Source: a virus (taxonomy: Duplodnaviria; Caudoviricetes). Taken from it: a stretch of 59,478 nucleotides of DNA. The translations under genes and the position numbers were made by a program. The stretch lies in the IMG/VR virus record IMGVR_UViG_3300037313_001722, positions 1 through 59,478 of that record; one strand, written 5' to 3'. The notes under the pieces were generated by a model, which made no database searches, was not told the origin of the DNA, and saw nothing but the letters and a program-made list of their open reading frames with translations. Below are positions 26,867-37,800 of the stretch, piece after piece (positions within the stretch are counted from its first letter, which is position 1; each line of letters opens with the position of its first letter).

Positions 26867-28420
26867 TCATTCCCCGAGCAGCATCTCGCGCCGCATGGCC
26901 GCCGTCAGGAACTCCGCTCCGTCTTCACCCGGACCGAGGAGCAGATCCGACTGCGCGTTGCCCCGGAGCATCGCGTAGACGAGGCCGATCTCCACCGTCT
27001 CGTTGGTGATCATCGAGCGGACGGTAGCCGTGGGGCCACCGGATCCGATCCGGCTGATCCGGTTCAGCCGCTGGGTCCTCAGGCCGTACGTCGTGGCGAC
27101 GTCGTACTCGACCAAGTAGGACGCCTCGGGGATGTTCACCCCTCGGGCCCCGGCGTCCGAGGTGAGCAGGACCGCGCCACCCTGGTGGACCTTGAACGCA
27201 TCCAGCTCGTGCAGGAAGAAGATCTTCATCCCGGCCTTGGTCAGGGCATCCGCCAACCACGGAAGGGCGCTCGGGCCAAAGAAGCTGAAGACCACCGCCT
27301 TGTCCTCCTGGTCCAGCACGATCGGCTCCAGGTAGGCCCTGAGCGCCTCCGTCTTGGCCGACGGGCAGTTCATCAGCCACTCGTGCCCGAATTCCTCCAC
27401 GAGCGTCCTGGCGAGCTTGCTGGAGCCCTCCTGGGCCGAATGGAGGAGCGCCCTCGGGTGGGCACAGATCTGCCGCAGGGCCTGGAGCTGACCACCCACC
27501 CCGTCCAGCTCGGCCACGAGGTCGTAGAGCTTCTTCTGGTCCCCCTCCAGGTCGACACGGAGGGGCTCCTCGGTCATCGCCGGGAACTGGTCGATGACGT
27601 CGGGGTCCGTCTTGCGCTTGGAGAGCATCAGGGGCTGGCAGAGGGCCGCGAACTCCTCAACCCGGTGGTCGAAGTACCTCGCTCGCCCGTAGATGTCCCG
27701 GCCCCGCACGAAGTACTTCTCGAACTCGCCGATCAGCGGCATGGCCTTCGGTCGCAGCAGCCGGAACTGGTGGAAGGAGTTCTCCAGATCCCTTCGGATC
27801 GAGGTGGCCGTCATCATGAACACCGGCAAGTTTTTAAAATGCTTCCGGAGGACCTTCAGGGTGTGCTCGTACGCCCCGTAGGTGGCCGAGGACCGGTTCG
27901 AGAGCTTGTCGGCCTCATCGAAGAAGACCACCGGCCTCCGGCCGGACGCGAGGATCTGCTCCAGCAGGTGACCGCTCTTGAACACCTTCCGGCGGCCGGA
28001 CTTGTCGATGGCCGTCAGGTCGGCCTTGCCGGTCTCGTACGTGGTGATCAGGACGTCCGGCAGCCCGAGCCTGGCCAGCTTGCTCTTGCGCGAGGGGCCG
28101 TGGTGGATCCGGGAGTCCAGGCGCGTGAACTTCTCGAAGTCGGCCTGCCACTCCTTGAGCTTGTTCCGCTCGCACACGAGGATCACGAGGTCCGCGATGC
28201 CGTCCTCGAAGGCCAGCGCGGAGAGCTGCATGGCCGCGTGGGACTTCCCCAGGCCGGTGTCCCAGGAGAACATCCACTCCGGCTGTTCGCCGCTCTGGAC
28301 GCCCACGTACGCCTGCGCGATGTGCTCTATCTGAAACGGATAGAGACCTCTGGGGCTCCAGTAAAGAGCCCCCTCCGGCCAGTTGGCATCGAAGGGGGCT
28401 TCTATCAGGGTCGTCGTCAT
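26867..28420 (-). CDS. SNF2-family helicase/ATPase
   Basis: DTGLGKS, ITTYE, FFDEAD, MTAT, LRQICAHP, SDAGARGVNI, QRLNRISRIG. Confidence 0.9.
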   Translation of the reverse strand: MTTTLIEAPFDANWPEGALYWSPRGLYPFQIEHIAQAYVGVQSGEQPEWMFSWDTGLGKSHAAMQLSALAFEDGIADLVILVCERNKLKEWQADFEKFTRLDSRIHHGPSRKSKLARLGLPDVLITTYETGKADLTAIDKSGRRKVFKSGHLLEQILASGRRPVVFFDEADKLSNRSSATYGAYEHTLKVLRKHFKNLPVFMMTATSIRRDLENSFHQFRLLRPKAMPLIGEFEKYFVRGRDIYGRARYFDHRVEEFAALCQPLMLSKRKTDPDVIDQFPAMTEEPLRVDLEGDQKKLYDLVAELDGVGGQLQALRQICAHPRALLHSAQEGSSKLARTLVEEFGHEWLMNCPSAKTEALRAYLEPIVLDQEDKAVVFSFFGPSALPWLADALTKAGMKIFFLHELDAFKVHQGGAVLLTSDAGARGVNIPEASYLVEYDVATTYGLRTQRLNRISRIGSGGPTATVRSMITNETVEIGLVYAMLRGNAQSDLLLGPGEDGAEFLTAAMRREMLLGE

Positions 28421-28710
28421 GTGAGGACCACCGCCTCGTCAATCTCGAACCCCCAGGCGATCTGGGCGTGACCCACCCTCCCCAGAGACTTGACCGCGAC
28501 GACGTCACCGTTGCAGCGCAGTTCGGCCACCGGCGCGTCCTTGTCACAGCGCACGATCGCGAAGAAGGTCACGTGGTTCTCGCCGACCACCTTGCGGGCA
28601 ACGCTCGACGCCCCGTCGACCACGATCGTCCACGGGCCCGGGTCGTGCAGTGCACGCTCGAACTGCCGCGCCCGCATCACCATGCGGGACACGACGTCTT
28701 CGAGACTCAT
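28417..28710 (-). CDS. Hypothetical protein
   Basis: GGAGG RBS; ATGA coupling to SNF2. Confidence 0.7.
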   Translation of the reverse strand: MSLEDVVSRMVMRARQFERALHDPGPWTIVVDGASSVARKVVGENHVTFFAIVRCDKDAPVAELRCNGDVVAVKSLGRVGHAQIAWGFEIDEAVVLT

Positions 28711-28794
28711 GTCGCCGTCCCTCCCGTTCTCCAGGAATTGTTCCTACTAGCATGGAATCTTAGCCAGGCGAACGGACGAACGTCTACGCGATCA

Positions 28795-31212
28795 TCAGAA
28801 CCCGAACGGAAGTACCAGGAAATCGGAGACGTTCGTCGTAGGCGCCAGCCGGTAGCCGAACTTCACGCGAGTGTTCCAGGTGCTGTCCGTGAAGGCGGAG
28901 ATTTGGGTTCCATTCGCCCGAACGATGACGCTGTTCCCATTGCAGTCCGCTTGGAGTAGTTGGCCTGTGGCCACAGGCGTACTGTGCGTGGCCACGGTTC
29001 CAGTAATCGTGTTCCCCGCCATCGAATACACATCCGTACGACCGATCAGATACCCCTTGGTCGTCGCTATGGTCTGGCCGCCGGAGAGGGACTTCTCGTG
29101 CAGGCACCGGACCATCAGGCCGGTGATCCGGTCGTCAGGGTGATACCCCGCGTTGTCCACGAAGTTGCCCATGATGGTGGTGCCGAACTGGAGCATGGCG
29201 CCATCGACATTCAGCGTGTGCCCAGCGGGGATCAGACTGCCCGGGGCGATGTAGCCCACCGTGCAGGCCATGTTCGCCGTGGAGGACGGGGCCACTCCCC
29301 CGACGTTGATCCGCGTCCAGGTGTTCAGCGTCGGTGTGGTGATGGTGTTCGTCGCACCGTTGCTGCCGAGGTAGTTCCAGGCCGAGTCGAAGTAGTCGAT
29401 CGTAAGAAGGATCTGGTGATTCCACTGCGGATAGACCCAGATGGAGAAGTTCATCGAGGTGCCCGGCGTGGTGGTCAGGGTGGTAGCGGCGCGGCTGTGA
29501 TCGGCCGTGGCCGAAGGGCCGATCGACAAAGAGGCGTCGCCGAACTTCGCCCGGGTGGTGTCCCGGCTGATCGTGACGCCCGGATCCCACCCCTGCCATC
29601 CCGTGGTGTTCGTCTCGAAGCCGTAGTTCGAGATGGCGTTCGTCCCGGCCGCCGCCGTCGGGTTGTAGGTGAACTGGCCCTGCACGATGACGTCAGAGCG
29701 TCCGGCCGAGTAGATCGCCGGGGTCCCCCGAGTCGGGTACGGCCCGTTGGCCGCGTTCAGCACGACCTTGCTGGAGGCGATCGTGAAGGGGTTGGTCGAC
29801 CGGTAGTCGGGGCTCGCCGACGGGAGCTTCCACTGGAGGGCCTGGCCGGTCTCCGCGAACTCCATCGGGGTCGCGTCCGGCTGATGGGCTCCCTGGTACA
29901 CCAGGGGGACGCTCGCGGTGTAGATCAGGCCCAGGTTGGCCAGAGCCGTCATGAGCTGGTCCACCACGGTGTTGGAGACGGCCGTGGAGTCCACCGGGAC
30001 GTTCGGCCGGGTGGTACCGGTCGCCCCGAAGAAGCCCAGGGTCGTGGTGGCGTTGGAGTAGGTCCGCTGACCGTTGACCACGACGTCGCCCTGGGCCCGC
30101 AGGGCCGTCTGGGTGTACATGTTGCCCTGGATCAGGCCGATCGACGGAGACCACGTCGTGGAGCTGGTTCCCATGGCCAACGGGCTGACCCCGCCGAACC
30201 AGTCGTCTGCGGAAGTCTGGGTGCTGGGATCTCCGGCCAGCGATACCTGGGAACCGCCCAGAGCAAACGGCGTCTGCGCTCCGGCCCAGGGCAGGCCGTT
30301 GCTCTGGGCGGAGTTTGCCGGTCCCACCACCGTGTGGTTGCTTCCTGCCCCGAAGACGGCCGAGTGATTCGGTCCGACCTTGACCACTCCGGAGGACCCG
30401 ACGGTGCTTCCCGGGCCGATCAGAGTGGAGCCGTTGGCCGCACTGGACGCGGTGTTCATGCCGCCGAGAACGGTCATGTCCCTGGCCATGGCCGTAAGGT
30501 TCCCCGGACCGGCCACCGTGGATCCCGAGGTGGCATCTCCGTTCTCGGAGGACAGCACGGTGGCCATGTCTCCCGAGGTTCCGACGAAGGTCTGCGGGAC
30601 GATCCCCGCATAGCCCAGGAGGGTCGAAGAGGATCCGCTCAGCTCCGCGTTGGCGCCGTACGCGCTGGAGGCCGTGGAGGTGGCCGCCGCGTTCTCCCCG
30701 GCGTGGTAGCCCACCCAGGTCTGGTACGGGTTGAAGTCCGTCGGAGCCTCGCCGGTGAGGACCACCGATCCGGCAGAGTCGCCCGCGTGCTGATGGGTGC
30801 CCACCGGGTCGGCCACCCGGAAGGAGGCCCGGCCCGGTTCGGAGGCCATGAGGACGGCCGTGGACACCGTCTGGTCGGCCCCGTCGACCGTGAGGGGCTT
30901 CGGGGCCCGGAAGATGTTGTCGGCCGGGGGCATGATGTCGATCCCGTCCAGGACGACCCGGACGTTGTCCGAGACCTCCGCGACGATCTGCACGCGAACG
31001 GGATCGTCGGTCCACAGATCCACGATGGCCGGATCCACGAACAGCGGGAAGGAGACCGGGTTTCCGTCCTGAGGCTGGACGTAGACGTTCGTCGTCACCG
31101 GAGTGCCGGTGTCCGCGTCGTAGAGCGTGATCGTGGCGTACGGGAAGACGTCTCCCGAACTGTTCGTGATCGGCAGGTGGAGGTGGCAGCGGGGCTGCAC
31201 CGGTGTGGTCAC
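28795..31212 (-). CDS. Tail fibre paralogue 3 with CBM4/9-like carbohydrate-binding domain
   Basis: True start GTG 31212 (VTTPVQPRCHL); shared N-terminal domain; ISNYGFETNTTGW...W motif. Confidence 0.75.
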   Translation of the reverse strand: MTTPVQPRCHLHLPITNSSGDVFPYATITLYDADTGTPVTTNVYVQPQDGNPVSFPLFVDPAIVDLWTDDPVRVQIVAEVSDNVRVVLDGIDIMPPADNIFRAPKPLTVDGADQTVSTAVLMASEPGRASFRVADPVGTHQHAGDSAGSVVLTGEAPTDFNPYQTWVGYHAGENAAATSTASSAYGANAELSGSSSTLLGYAGIVPQTFVGTSGDMATVLSSENGDATSGSTVAGPGNLTAMARDMTVLGGMNTASSAANGSTLIGPGSTVGSSGVVKVGPNHSAVFGAGSNHTVVGPANSAQSNGLPWAGAQTPFALGGSQVSLAGDPSTQTSADDWFGGVSPLAMGTSSTTWSPSIGLIQGNMYTQTALRAQGDVVVNGQRTYSNATTTLGFFGATGTTRPNVPVDSTAVSNTVVDQLMTALANLGLIYTASVPLVYQGAHQPDATPMEFAETGQALQWKLPSASPDYRSTNPFTIASSKVVLNAANGPYPTRGTPAIYSAGRSDVIVQGQFTYNPTAAAGTNAISNYGFETNTTGWQGWDPGVTISRDTTRAKFGDASLSIGPSATADHSRAATTLTTTPGTSMNFSIWVYPQWNHQILLTIDYFDSAWNYLGSNGATNTITTPTLNTWTRINVGGVAPSSTANMACTVGYIAPGSLIPAGHTLNVDGAMLQFGTTIMGNFVDNAGYHPDDRITGLMVRCLHEKSLSGGQTIATTKGYLIGRTDVYSMAGNTITGTVATHSTPVATGQLLQADCNGNSVIVRANGTQISAFTDSTWNTRVKFGYRLAPTTNVSDFLVLPFGF

Positions 31213-34016
31213 TTGTAGGTCACCGCCCCGTTGACGTTGTCGTAGCACCAGAAGTACTGGAATCCCGCCGTACCGGCGCCCCGGATGCCGAGCCCGAAGC
31301 GGTTCGAGGCCAGCAGGGTGGAGGTGGTGTCGGTGGCGGAGCCGATCTGCGTACCGTTGCGGTACACCACGATGGAGCCGCTCGCGTTGAAGGTGACCGA
31401 CATCTTGTCCCCGGCCACGTAGGTCTGCGACAGCGTGGCCAGGGTGGTCTGAGTGCCGGACAAGACCCTCGTGATCTGCGAGTTGTTGATGAAGTAATAG
31501 TTGTTCGCGTCCACGTAACGGCCCACGACACCCATACCGGTGGTCGGGGTGATGGAGCCGTTCCAGCGGGTGGCGACGTTCTTGCCGGAGGAGTTGGCGC
31601 CGGTGAGGACGTAGGCCAGGGCGTATCCGCCGGAGGCTCCGGTGAGCTGGAGGTTCCCCGCCGCCGAGACCGTGGATCCCGCTCCGGCGCCCGACTGCAC
31701 CGGCCACCAGGCCTCGCCGGAGGCCGCGTTGCTCAGGGCGCCGGTGGTCTTGAAGCCGTCGAAGGTGTGCTGCGGCAGGAAGGTGATGTTGTTGAACTTC
31801 GAGGTGGTCTGAGCGAAGTCGACACCGATGTACGTTCCGGTCAGGTTCAGGGCCGGGGCCTGGAAGAAGACCGGAGTGCCGAAGCCGCTGTCGGCGTACA
31901 TGACGTTCGTGCCGGACACCGAGATCGTGTGCAGGTGTCCGGCCCCGTCGAACGGGGTCGCGCCGATGGTGGAGAGGCTGATCGAGTTGCCTGCCGCCAC
32001 GGTGTACGTGTTGGAGGGGTCCCCGGCCGCCTTGGTGGCCAGCGAGAGCGTGTTGGCCGCCTGGTCGAAGATCAGGTATCCGGCCGCCGCCGAGGAGCCG
32101 GAGGCGCCGGTGTGCCGCAGCGCGATGCAGATCTTGTTTCCGGTGCCGGTGGTGGTCAGCGTGAAGTAGAAGCTGTGCCGGGGGTTGTACATGTTCTTCA
32201 GCGCACCGAGACCGCCCGCGTAGCCCTTGTAGGCGTTGTGGTCGGCACCCACGTACCACTGCGGTCCGGACGGGTACGGCGACTGGTCGGAGAAGGCCAG
32301 GGGCGCGTACGTGTATGGCGCGAAGTCGAAGTCCCCGTTGCCGAGGGAGCCGTCGCCCGGGTCCTGGTGGTAGAAGTAGTCGATGACGCCGATGGGCGTC
32401 GCGGACGACAGGGGCTGCTGGACGGTGTTGTTGATGACCAGCCCCATGGCCGCCAGGGCGTTCACCAGGGTCCGCACGGTCACGTTGCCGTCGTCGGAGC
32501 CCGAGATGGTCTGGATGACGTTGCCCGCCGTGCCGTAGAAGCCGATCCGGCTTCCGGGGGATCCCAGGGACGCCAGTCCGTAGTTCTGGAGTGAGCCGGT
32601 CACCGTGGTGATCGCACCGGCGTTGCCCAGCATGATCTGGTTGGCGCTCGTGGTGGCCGCCCCGGAACCGAGGGCCACCGAGTTGTTGTGGGTCGTGCCG
32701 ACCACGGCACCCTGGCCGATGGCGACCGAGCTGGCACCGAGAGCCTGGGCGTTCTGGCCGATGGCCACAGCCGAGTTGGCGCCAGGACCGACCTGGGCGG
32801 CCGAACCGACGGCCACGCCGTAGTCCTCCTGGGCCGAGGCGTTCTTGCCCACGGCCACGGCCTCGATACCCGAGGTGTTGGCCCCGTAGCCGATGGCGAC
32901 CCAGGCGGTGTCGGTCGCGGTGCCGGATGCTCCGGAGCCCACGGCCATGGAGTAGTCGCCGTTCGCCACGGAGTTGTATCCCGCCGCAAGGCTGTTCGCG
33001 CCGGAGGCCGTGGCCCCGTAGCCGTAGGCCGAGGCGTTGGCCCCGGAGGCGGTCGTGTTGACGCCCACGGCCGTGGAGGAGGTCCCCGAGGCGACCGCCC
33101 CCGTGCCCAGGGCCACCGAGTTGGTCCCGGTGCCGTTGTGACTGTGCGGCGGGATGTTGCCACCGTACTGGGCGACGTAGCCCGTCATCCACAGAGAGTG
33201 GTCTCCGGCCGCGAAGGTTGCCTGGCCGGTGTAGGTGAAGATCGGGGTGTACGTTCCTGCCGCGAGGTCGAAGGCGTAGAAGCCCCAGTCCCGGGTGCTC
33301 GCGATGGTGGCCAGGGTGGTGTGGACGGACGAGGCGTCGGAGACGACGACCGTGAAGGTCTCCCCCGAGAAGAACGAGGACTTGATCCACAGCGACAGGC
33401 GGCCGGACTCCAGCAGGTTGAACGTGGGTCCGGTGAGGGTCACCGTGCCGTTGTTCGCCGACTGGGTCATCCGCAGCGAGTACTGGTAGTTCGTGCCCGG
33501 CGGGATCGACAGCGGGTCGTAGGTGTGGGCTCCGCCGTTCGTCTGGACGAAGCCCCATCCGGCCGGATCCCCTCCGCTGCTGAAGCTCTGGGAGTCGGCC
33601 ACCACGACTGGAGTGAGACCGGTTCCGGAGGGCGGGTTGCCCCACTGGGCCTGCCCCGCCGTGGAGGTGCTCAGCAGGACCTGGCCGGAGACGGTGGGGG
33701 TGTTGACGATCTCCAGCGGGACCGTGGATGAGACGATCTCCTCCGGCGGGGGCGGGGCGTCCAGGTAGACGAGGATGTCCGAGACCGTGGGGTGCTGGAC
33801 GAGGATGGACATCCGCTGCGGGGTCTCCAGCCAGAAGTCGATGACCCCGTTGACGGCCGTGAGGGGGTTGTCTAGGACGTCCTCCCCCGTCGGGCCCGCG
33901 TACAGGGGCTGGCCGACGGGGATCGCGTAGTCCACTTCTCGCACGGTCACTGTCGCGTTGTAGAGCAGGTTGCCCTCGCGGTCAGTGATGGGGCGGAACA
34001 GATGTGCACGGGCCAC
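31209..34016 (-). CDS. Tail fibre paralogue 2 with YadA-head-like repeats
   Basis: About ten 14-aa repeats AxGxxSxAxGxxA; HSH motif; GAGGAGG RBS before GTG 34016. Confidence 0.8.
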   Translation of the reverse strand: MARAHLFRPITDREGNLLYNATVTVREVDYAIPVGQPLYAGPTGEDVLDNPLTAVNGVIDFWLETPQRMSILVQHPTVSDILVYLDAPPPPEEIVSSTVPLEIVNTPTVSGQVLLSTSTAGQAQWGNPPSGTGLTPVVVADSQSFSSGGDPAGWGFVQTNGGAHTYDPLSIPPGTNYQYSLRMTQSANNGTVTLTGPTFNLLESGRLSLWIKSSFFSGETFTVVVSDASSVHTTLATIASTRDWGFYAFDLAAGTYTPIFTYTGQATFAAGDHSLWMTGYVAQYGGNIPPHSHNGTGTNSVALGTGAVASGTSSTAVGVNTTASGANASAYGYGATASGANSLAAGYNSVANGDYSMAVGSGASGTATDTAWVAIGYGANTSGIEAVAVGKNASAQEDYGVAVGSAAQVGPGANSAVAIGQNAQALGASSVAIGQGAVVGTTHNNSVALGSGAATTSANQIMLGNAGAITTVTGSLQNYGLASLGSPGSRIGFYGTAGNVIQTISGSDDGNVTVRTLVNALAAMGLVINNTVQQPLSSATPIGVIDYFYHQDPGDGSLGNGDFDFAPYTYAPLAFSDQSPYPSGPQWYVGADHNAYKGYAGGLGALKNMYNPRHSFYFTLTTTGTGNKICIALRHTGASGSSAAAGYLIFDQAANTLSLATKAAGDPSNTYTVAAGNSISLSTIGATPFDGAGHLHTISVSGTNVMYADSGFGTPVFFQAPALNLTGTYIGVDFAQTTSKFNNITFLPQHTFDGFKTTGALSNAASGEAWWPVQSGAGAGSTVSAAGNLQLTGASGGYALAYVLTGANSSGKNVATRWNGSITPTTGMGVVGRYVDANNYYFINNSQITRVLSGTQTTLATLSQTYVAGDKMSVTFNASGSIVVYRNGTQIGSATDTTSTLLASNRFGLGIRGAGTAGFQYFWCYDNVNGAVTYK

Positions 34017-34034
34017 AGGGTCCTCCTCGGTCTT

Positions 34035-34067
34035 CACTCCTTCGCCGGACTGGAAGGGGTGGGGACA
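34035..34067 (-). promoter_or_regulatory. Late-promoter motif copy
   Basis: TGTC-N19-CGAAGGAGTG. Confidence 0.65.
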
Positions 34068-34844
34068 TCAGAGCTGGGCCGTGTTCAGACTCCCGTCCGT
34101 GTTGATCGTGATCTCCCACTGAACCCCGTTGGAGTCGAACATCACGATGCCCGAACCCTGCGGGATGACGGTCATGTCGGCAGCCGTGCCCATGACGATC
34201 CGGTTGTTGCCGTCGGCCTCCGCCCCAGCGCCGATGGCCGTGGAATGGGTGAAGCCCGCCACGGCCCCGTCACCGAGGGCTGTGGCGCTGTCTGCGGTCG
34301 CCTGGGAGGCGTTTCCGACGGCGGTGGACGCCACACCCGTCGCGGTGGCCGTACGGCCCGCAGCGAGCGCTGAGGCGCCCTGGGTGGTGGCCGCCTGGCC
34401 GAGGGCCGCCGAGTAGTCGCCCACGGCGTTGGTGTTGGGGCCGAACGCCGAGGAGTTGACACCGGCCGAGGACGCCGAGGGGCCCAGGGCCGTGGACGCG
34501 TCTCCGTTGGAGGTCGCCCCCACGCCGATCATCAGGGAGTTCGCCCCGGCACCGAAGTGCTGGGAGTCCGACCCGGCCGCGAGAACGTCCACGTCCTCGT
34601 AGAACTGCATCGGCAGGTTGCTCTGGACGATGCCGAACCGCACCCGGGCGGGCTGGTCCAGGTAGATGTCGATGACGCCGGTGGACGACACGAACGGGTT
34701 GGTCAGGACGGTGTTGCCGGTGTCCGAGGTGTAGAGGACCTGGCTGATCGGGGTGGTGGTGCCCGGATCGAAGACGGTCACCTGCACGTTCGGCAGCAGG
34801 TCGCCCTGCTCGTCGGTGACGGGCCGGGTGAAGTGGGCTCGCAC
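34068..34844 (-). CDS. Short tail fibre paralogue 1 with YadA-head-like repeats
   Basis: MRAHFTRPVTDEQGDLLPN shared N-terminus; 14-aa repeats. Confidence 0.8.
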   Translation of the reverse strand: MRAHFTRPVTDEQGDLLPNVQVTVFDPGTTTPISQVLYTSDTGNTVLTNPFVSSTGVIDIYLDQPARVRFGIVQSNLPMQFYEDVDVLAAGSDSQHFGAGANSLMIGVGATSNGDASTALGPSASSAGVNSSAFGPNTNAVGDYSAALGQAATTQGASALAAGRTATATGVASTAVGNASQATADSATALGDGAVAGFTHSTAIGAGAEADGNNRIVMGTAADMTVIPQGSGIVMFDSNGVQWEITINTDGSLNTAQL

Positions 34845-34853
34845 GGTGTCTCC

Positions 34854-37800
34854 TTATGAGCCGGTGTAGACGAACGAGGACGGCATGACCGAGGTGTCCG
34901 GGGCGGCCGGAGAGCCCTCGTTGACGCCATCGGGGACGGTGTCCGGCAGGAAGGACCGCTGCGGGACCGGGGTCGGTGTGACCTGCTGCCGCAGCCACTG
35001 GCGGTAGATGTACCACCAGTCCTGGGGGATCGCGTGGTGCCAGGCCTTGAACATGGGGTCGTCGGAGACGTCCGGGTTCTGGTCCAGCGGCGAGAGGTTG
35101 GGGCCGCCCTTCTGGACGGAGTACCGGGCGGGCATCCCCATCATCACGGACTCGAACCAGGGCCGGATCTGAAGAGCCGAGATCGAGAGGTCGGGGGCGG
35201 CCCCGGTGACCCTCCAGACCAGCGCGGATCCACTGGTGGCGGACTGCTGGTCCACGCCCTCGGGGAACAGGAAGACGCCGTTGGGGTCGTTGCGGATGTC
35301 CCAGACGGGCCAGAAGGTCTGTCCCCCGTCCCGGCTGAACTCCCACATGATCGAGTCGTTGAAGACCGAGATGTTGTCGACGTAGAAGACGTCCGAGGTG
35401 GCCTGCTGCTGGAAGAGCTGGACCTTTACGTCAAAGACCTCGCGGTCGACCGTACCGGCCGCCACGTCGTTCCAGGTCCCGATCAGGTCCATGCCGTCCC
35501 AGGTGGTGGCCAGGGCCTCCACGTCGGTCCACAGCCGGGTGCCGTCCGGGACGGCACCGGTGCCGATGTTGTACTCGACCGACCACTCCACGATCTGTCC
35601 GGCGGACGCGGTGACGGGCTCTTCGGCCAGTACCGTCCCGTCTCCGTTGAGGAGCTGGAGGTACACCGGGGCGGAGAGGGTCTTCGGGGCCAGGATCCGG
35701 GCTGCCGCGTAGAGCTTGCCGATCGGCGAGACGCTCAGGGACTCGAAGGACTGGATGCCGCCCTGGGAACCCACCTGGATCTTTCCGGAGATCGAGTCGT
35801 AGGTGGGCAGGTAGGGGTTGGGGTCGGAGTCCTCGATCTGGTCCCAGGTGCCGATTTCCTCCATCGAACTCCAGGTGACCGGTTCACCGGCCCGGGTGAT
35901 CTTCACCAGGGATCCGACGTCGGTGTTGAAGTACGGATCCGGCGTGATCTTCGCATCCCCCATCGGCTGCCAGTACTGGAGCGAGGTGTCATCGAAGTCG
36001 GGGTCCGTCAGGAGCTGCTTCGGAGGGCTCTGGGTCGTGGCGAACTGGATGCCCCGGATGGCCCGGAAGGAGTTCAGCGGCTTGGAAGTGATCGTCAGGG
36101 GCTGGCCGACCGAGGGAGGAGTGAAGATGCGCCCCTCCTCCAGGCTCCAGGAGGTGCTGTCGCTGGCGTCGTAGTCCAGGTCGTTCGCGTCGTGGAACAG
36201 CTCCATGTACTGGTCGGTGTCATCGGCGATCTGATGGTCGACCCGGTACATGACGATGTCGCTGAGGCCGACGAAGTAGGCCACGCGCATGTTCGTCTGG
36301 ACCGAGATGGTCTCGTAGTAGTGCCTGCCGCTGCTGGAGTGGCGGGGCATCGTCGGAGACGGCTGCTGCTTGGAGAAGTTCCAGTACGGAGCCGCCTTGG
36401 CCATCAGGGCCGCTCCCTGCGGGTCCTTCACGTACTGGGCCTCGGTCGGCAGGTAGGTGGCCGTGCTGTTCAGGGCCACGGCCTGGGTGCCGTTGGCCGT
36501 GAGCCGGTTCTGGTCGTTGAACCGGTTGACTGCGGCCTTCTCCACGTTGGCCTGCATGCCGTAGCCGCCGGTGTTCGGCGAGTCGGCCGCAGCCCTCGCG
36601 AGAGACGACATGGCCTGCTGGTTCTGAGCAAAGATCTTCGCCGTCAGAACCACGGGCGCGTCGGTCTCGTGCGGTTCCGCGATCAGGTTCGAGAACTCGA
36701 AATTAAAAAAGCGGGCCTTGGTCGGGTCGAACTCGTAGAAGCCCTTCTTGAGCTGGTAATCCCGGCCGATCGGGGTCCAGTTCAGCTCCTCGTAGACCAC
36801 CCCGGGGCCGCCCAGGAAGCCGAAGGGGTTCAGCGAGTCCAGACCCTCGGTCTGGTGCTTCGGGTCGTACCGCAGGATCGCGTTGTCCGTCGTCTGCTTG
36901 CCCTGCGGGTACTCCGGGGTGACGACGAAGCCGGAGGGGTCGGTCCAGTACTGAACGAACTCGCCCTCGCCGTCGGGGTTTCCCTTCTTGATGTACATCG
37001 AGACGAGCCGGGCGTTCGCCGGGGTGGACTGGGTGGGGTCCACGGTCAGCGAGCCGCCGATGCGCAGGGTAGAGGGCCGGGTGGTGCCCGGCACGATCTC
37101 ACCGGACATCGAGGTGATCGAGACGAAGTGGGCCGTGCCGTCCGGGAAGATGAGCGTCTCGGTGGTGTAGACCGAGCCGTCGTCGGCGACGACCTCCGAG
37201 ATCTGGTCCCTCGTCTCCTCCTGCCCAGTGTCCGGGAGCGGGGTGTGGATCGTCAGGTCCTGGCCGTCGAAGCTCAGCACGAACCGCAGACGGGCGTTGA
37301 AGTCGAAGACGAGGCCGGGCCAGCTCAGCAGGATCGTGCCCAGGGAGACCTGGAAGACGCTCGTGCTGACAGTGCCCGACGGGTCGGGGCCGAAGAAAAT
37401 CTTCAGTACGCCGTCGTCGTAGATGACCGAGCTACCAGTGTCCGTGCTCGGGAACTGCGGCTGGACCACCATGCCGAGCTGGAACGGCTTGGTGGGGTCG
37501 AACTGGACGGCCTTGTTGTCGATGTCCACGAAGGCCGTGGTGGTCGGGAAGAGGATCCCGTCGCTCAGAGGCGCCGGAGGAGTGGCGCCGAACGACCGGC
37601 TGTTCGGGAAGGCCAGCGGGGTGTCCGGGGCCGGGAAGACCTCGGGGTCCGGCTCGTCCATCGAGTAGTAGATGTTGACCGTGGATCCGGTGTGGAGCGG
37701 GTCCAGGAAGAACTTATCCACAACCTGTGGATCGCCCTGTGAATTACGGGCGTCCACATACAGGTTGACCACGGCGGTGGCCAGAGGCTGCGGTGCGCAC

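Noticed and set aside
31213-33645. N-terminal half of the 1616-aa ORF 28795-33645
   Set aside because: Arg/Pro/Gly-rich off-frame overlap of the 31209-34016 gene; the real gene starts at GTG 31212
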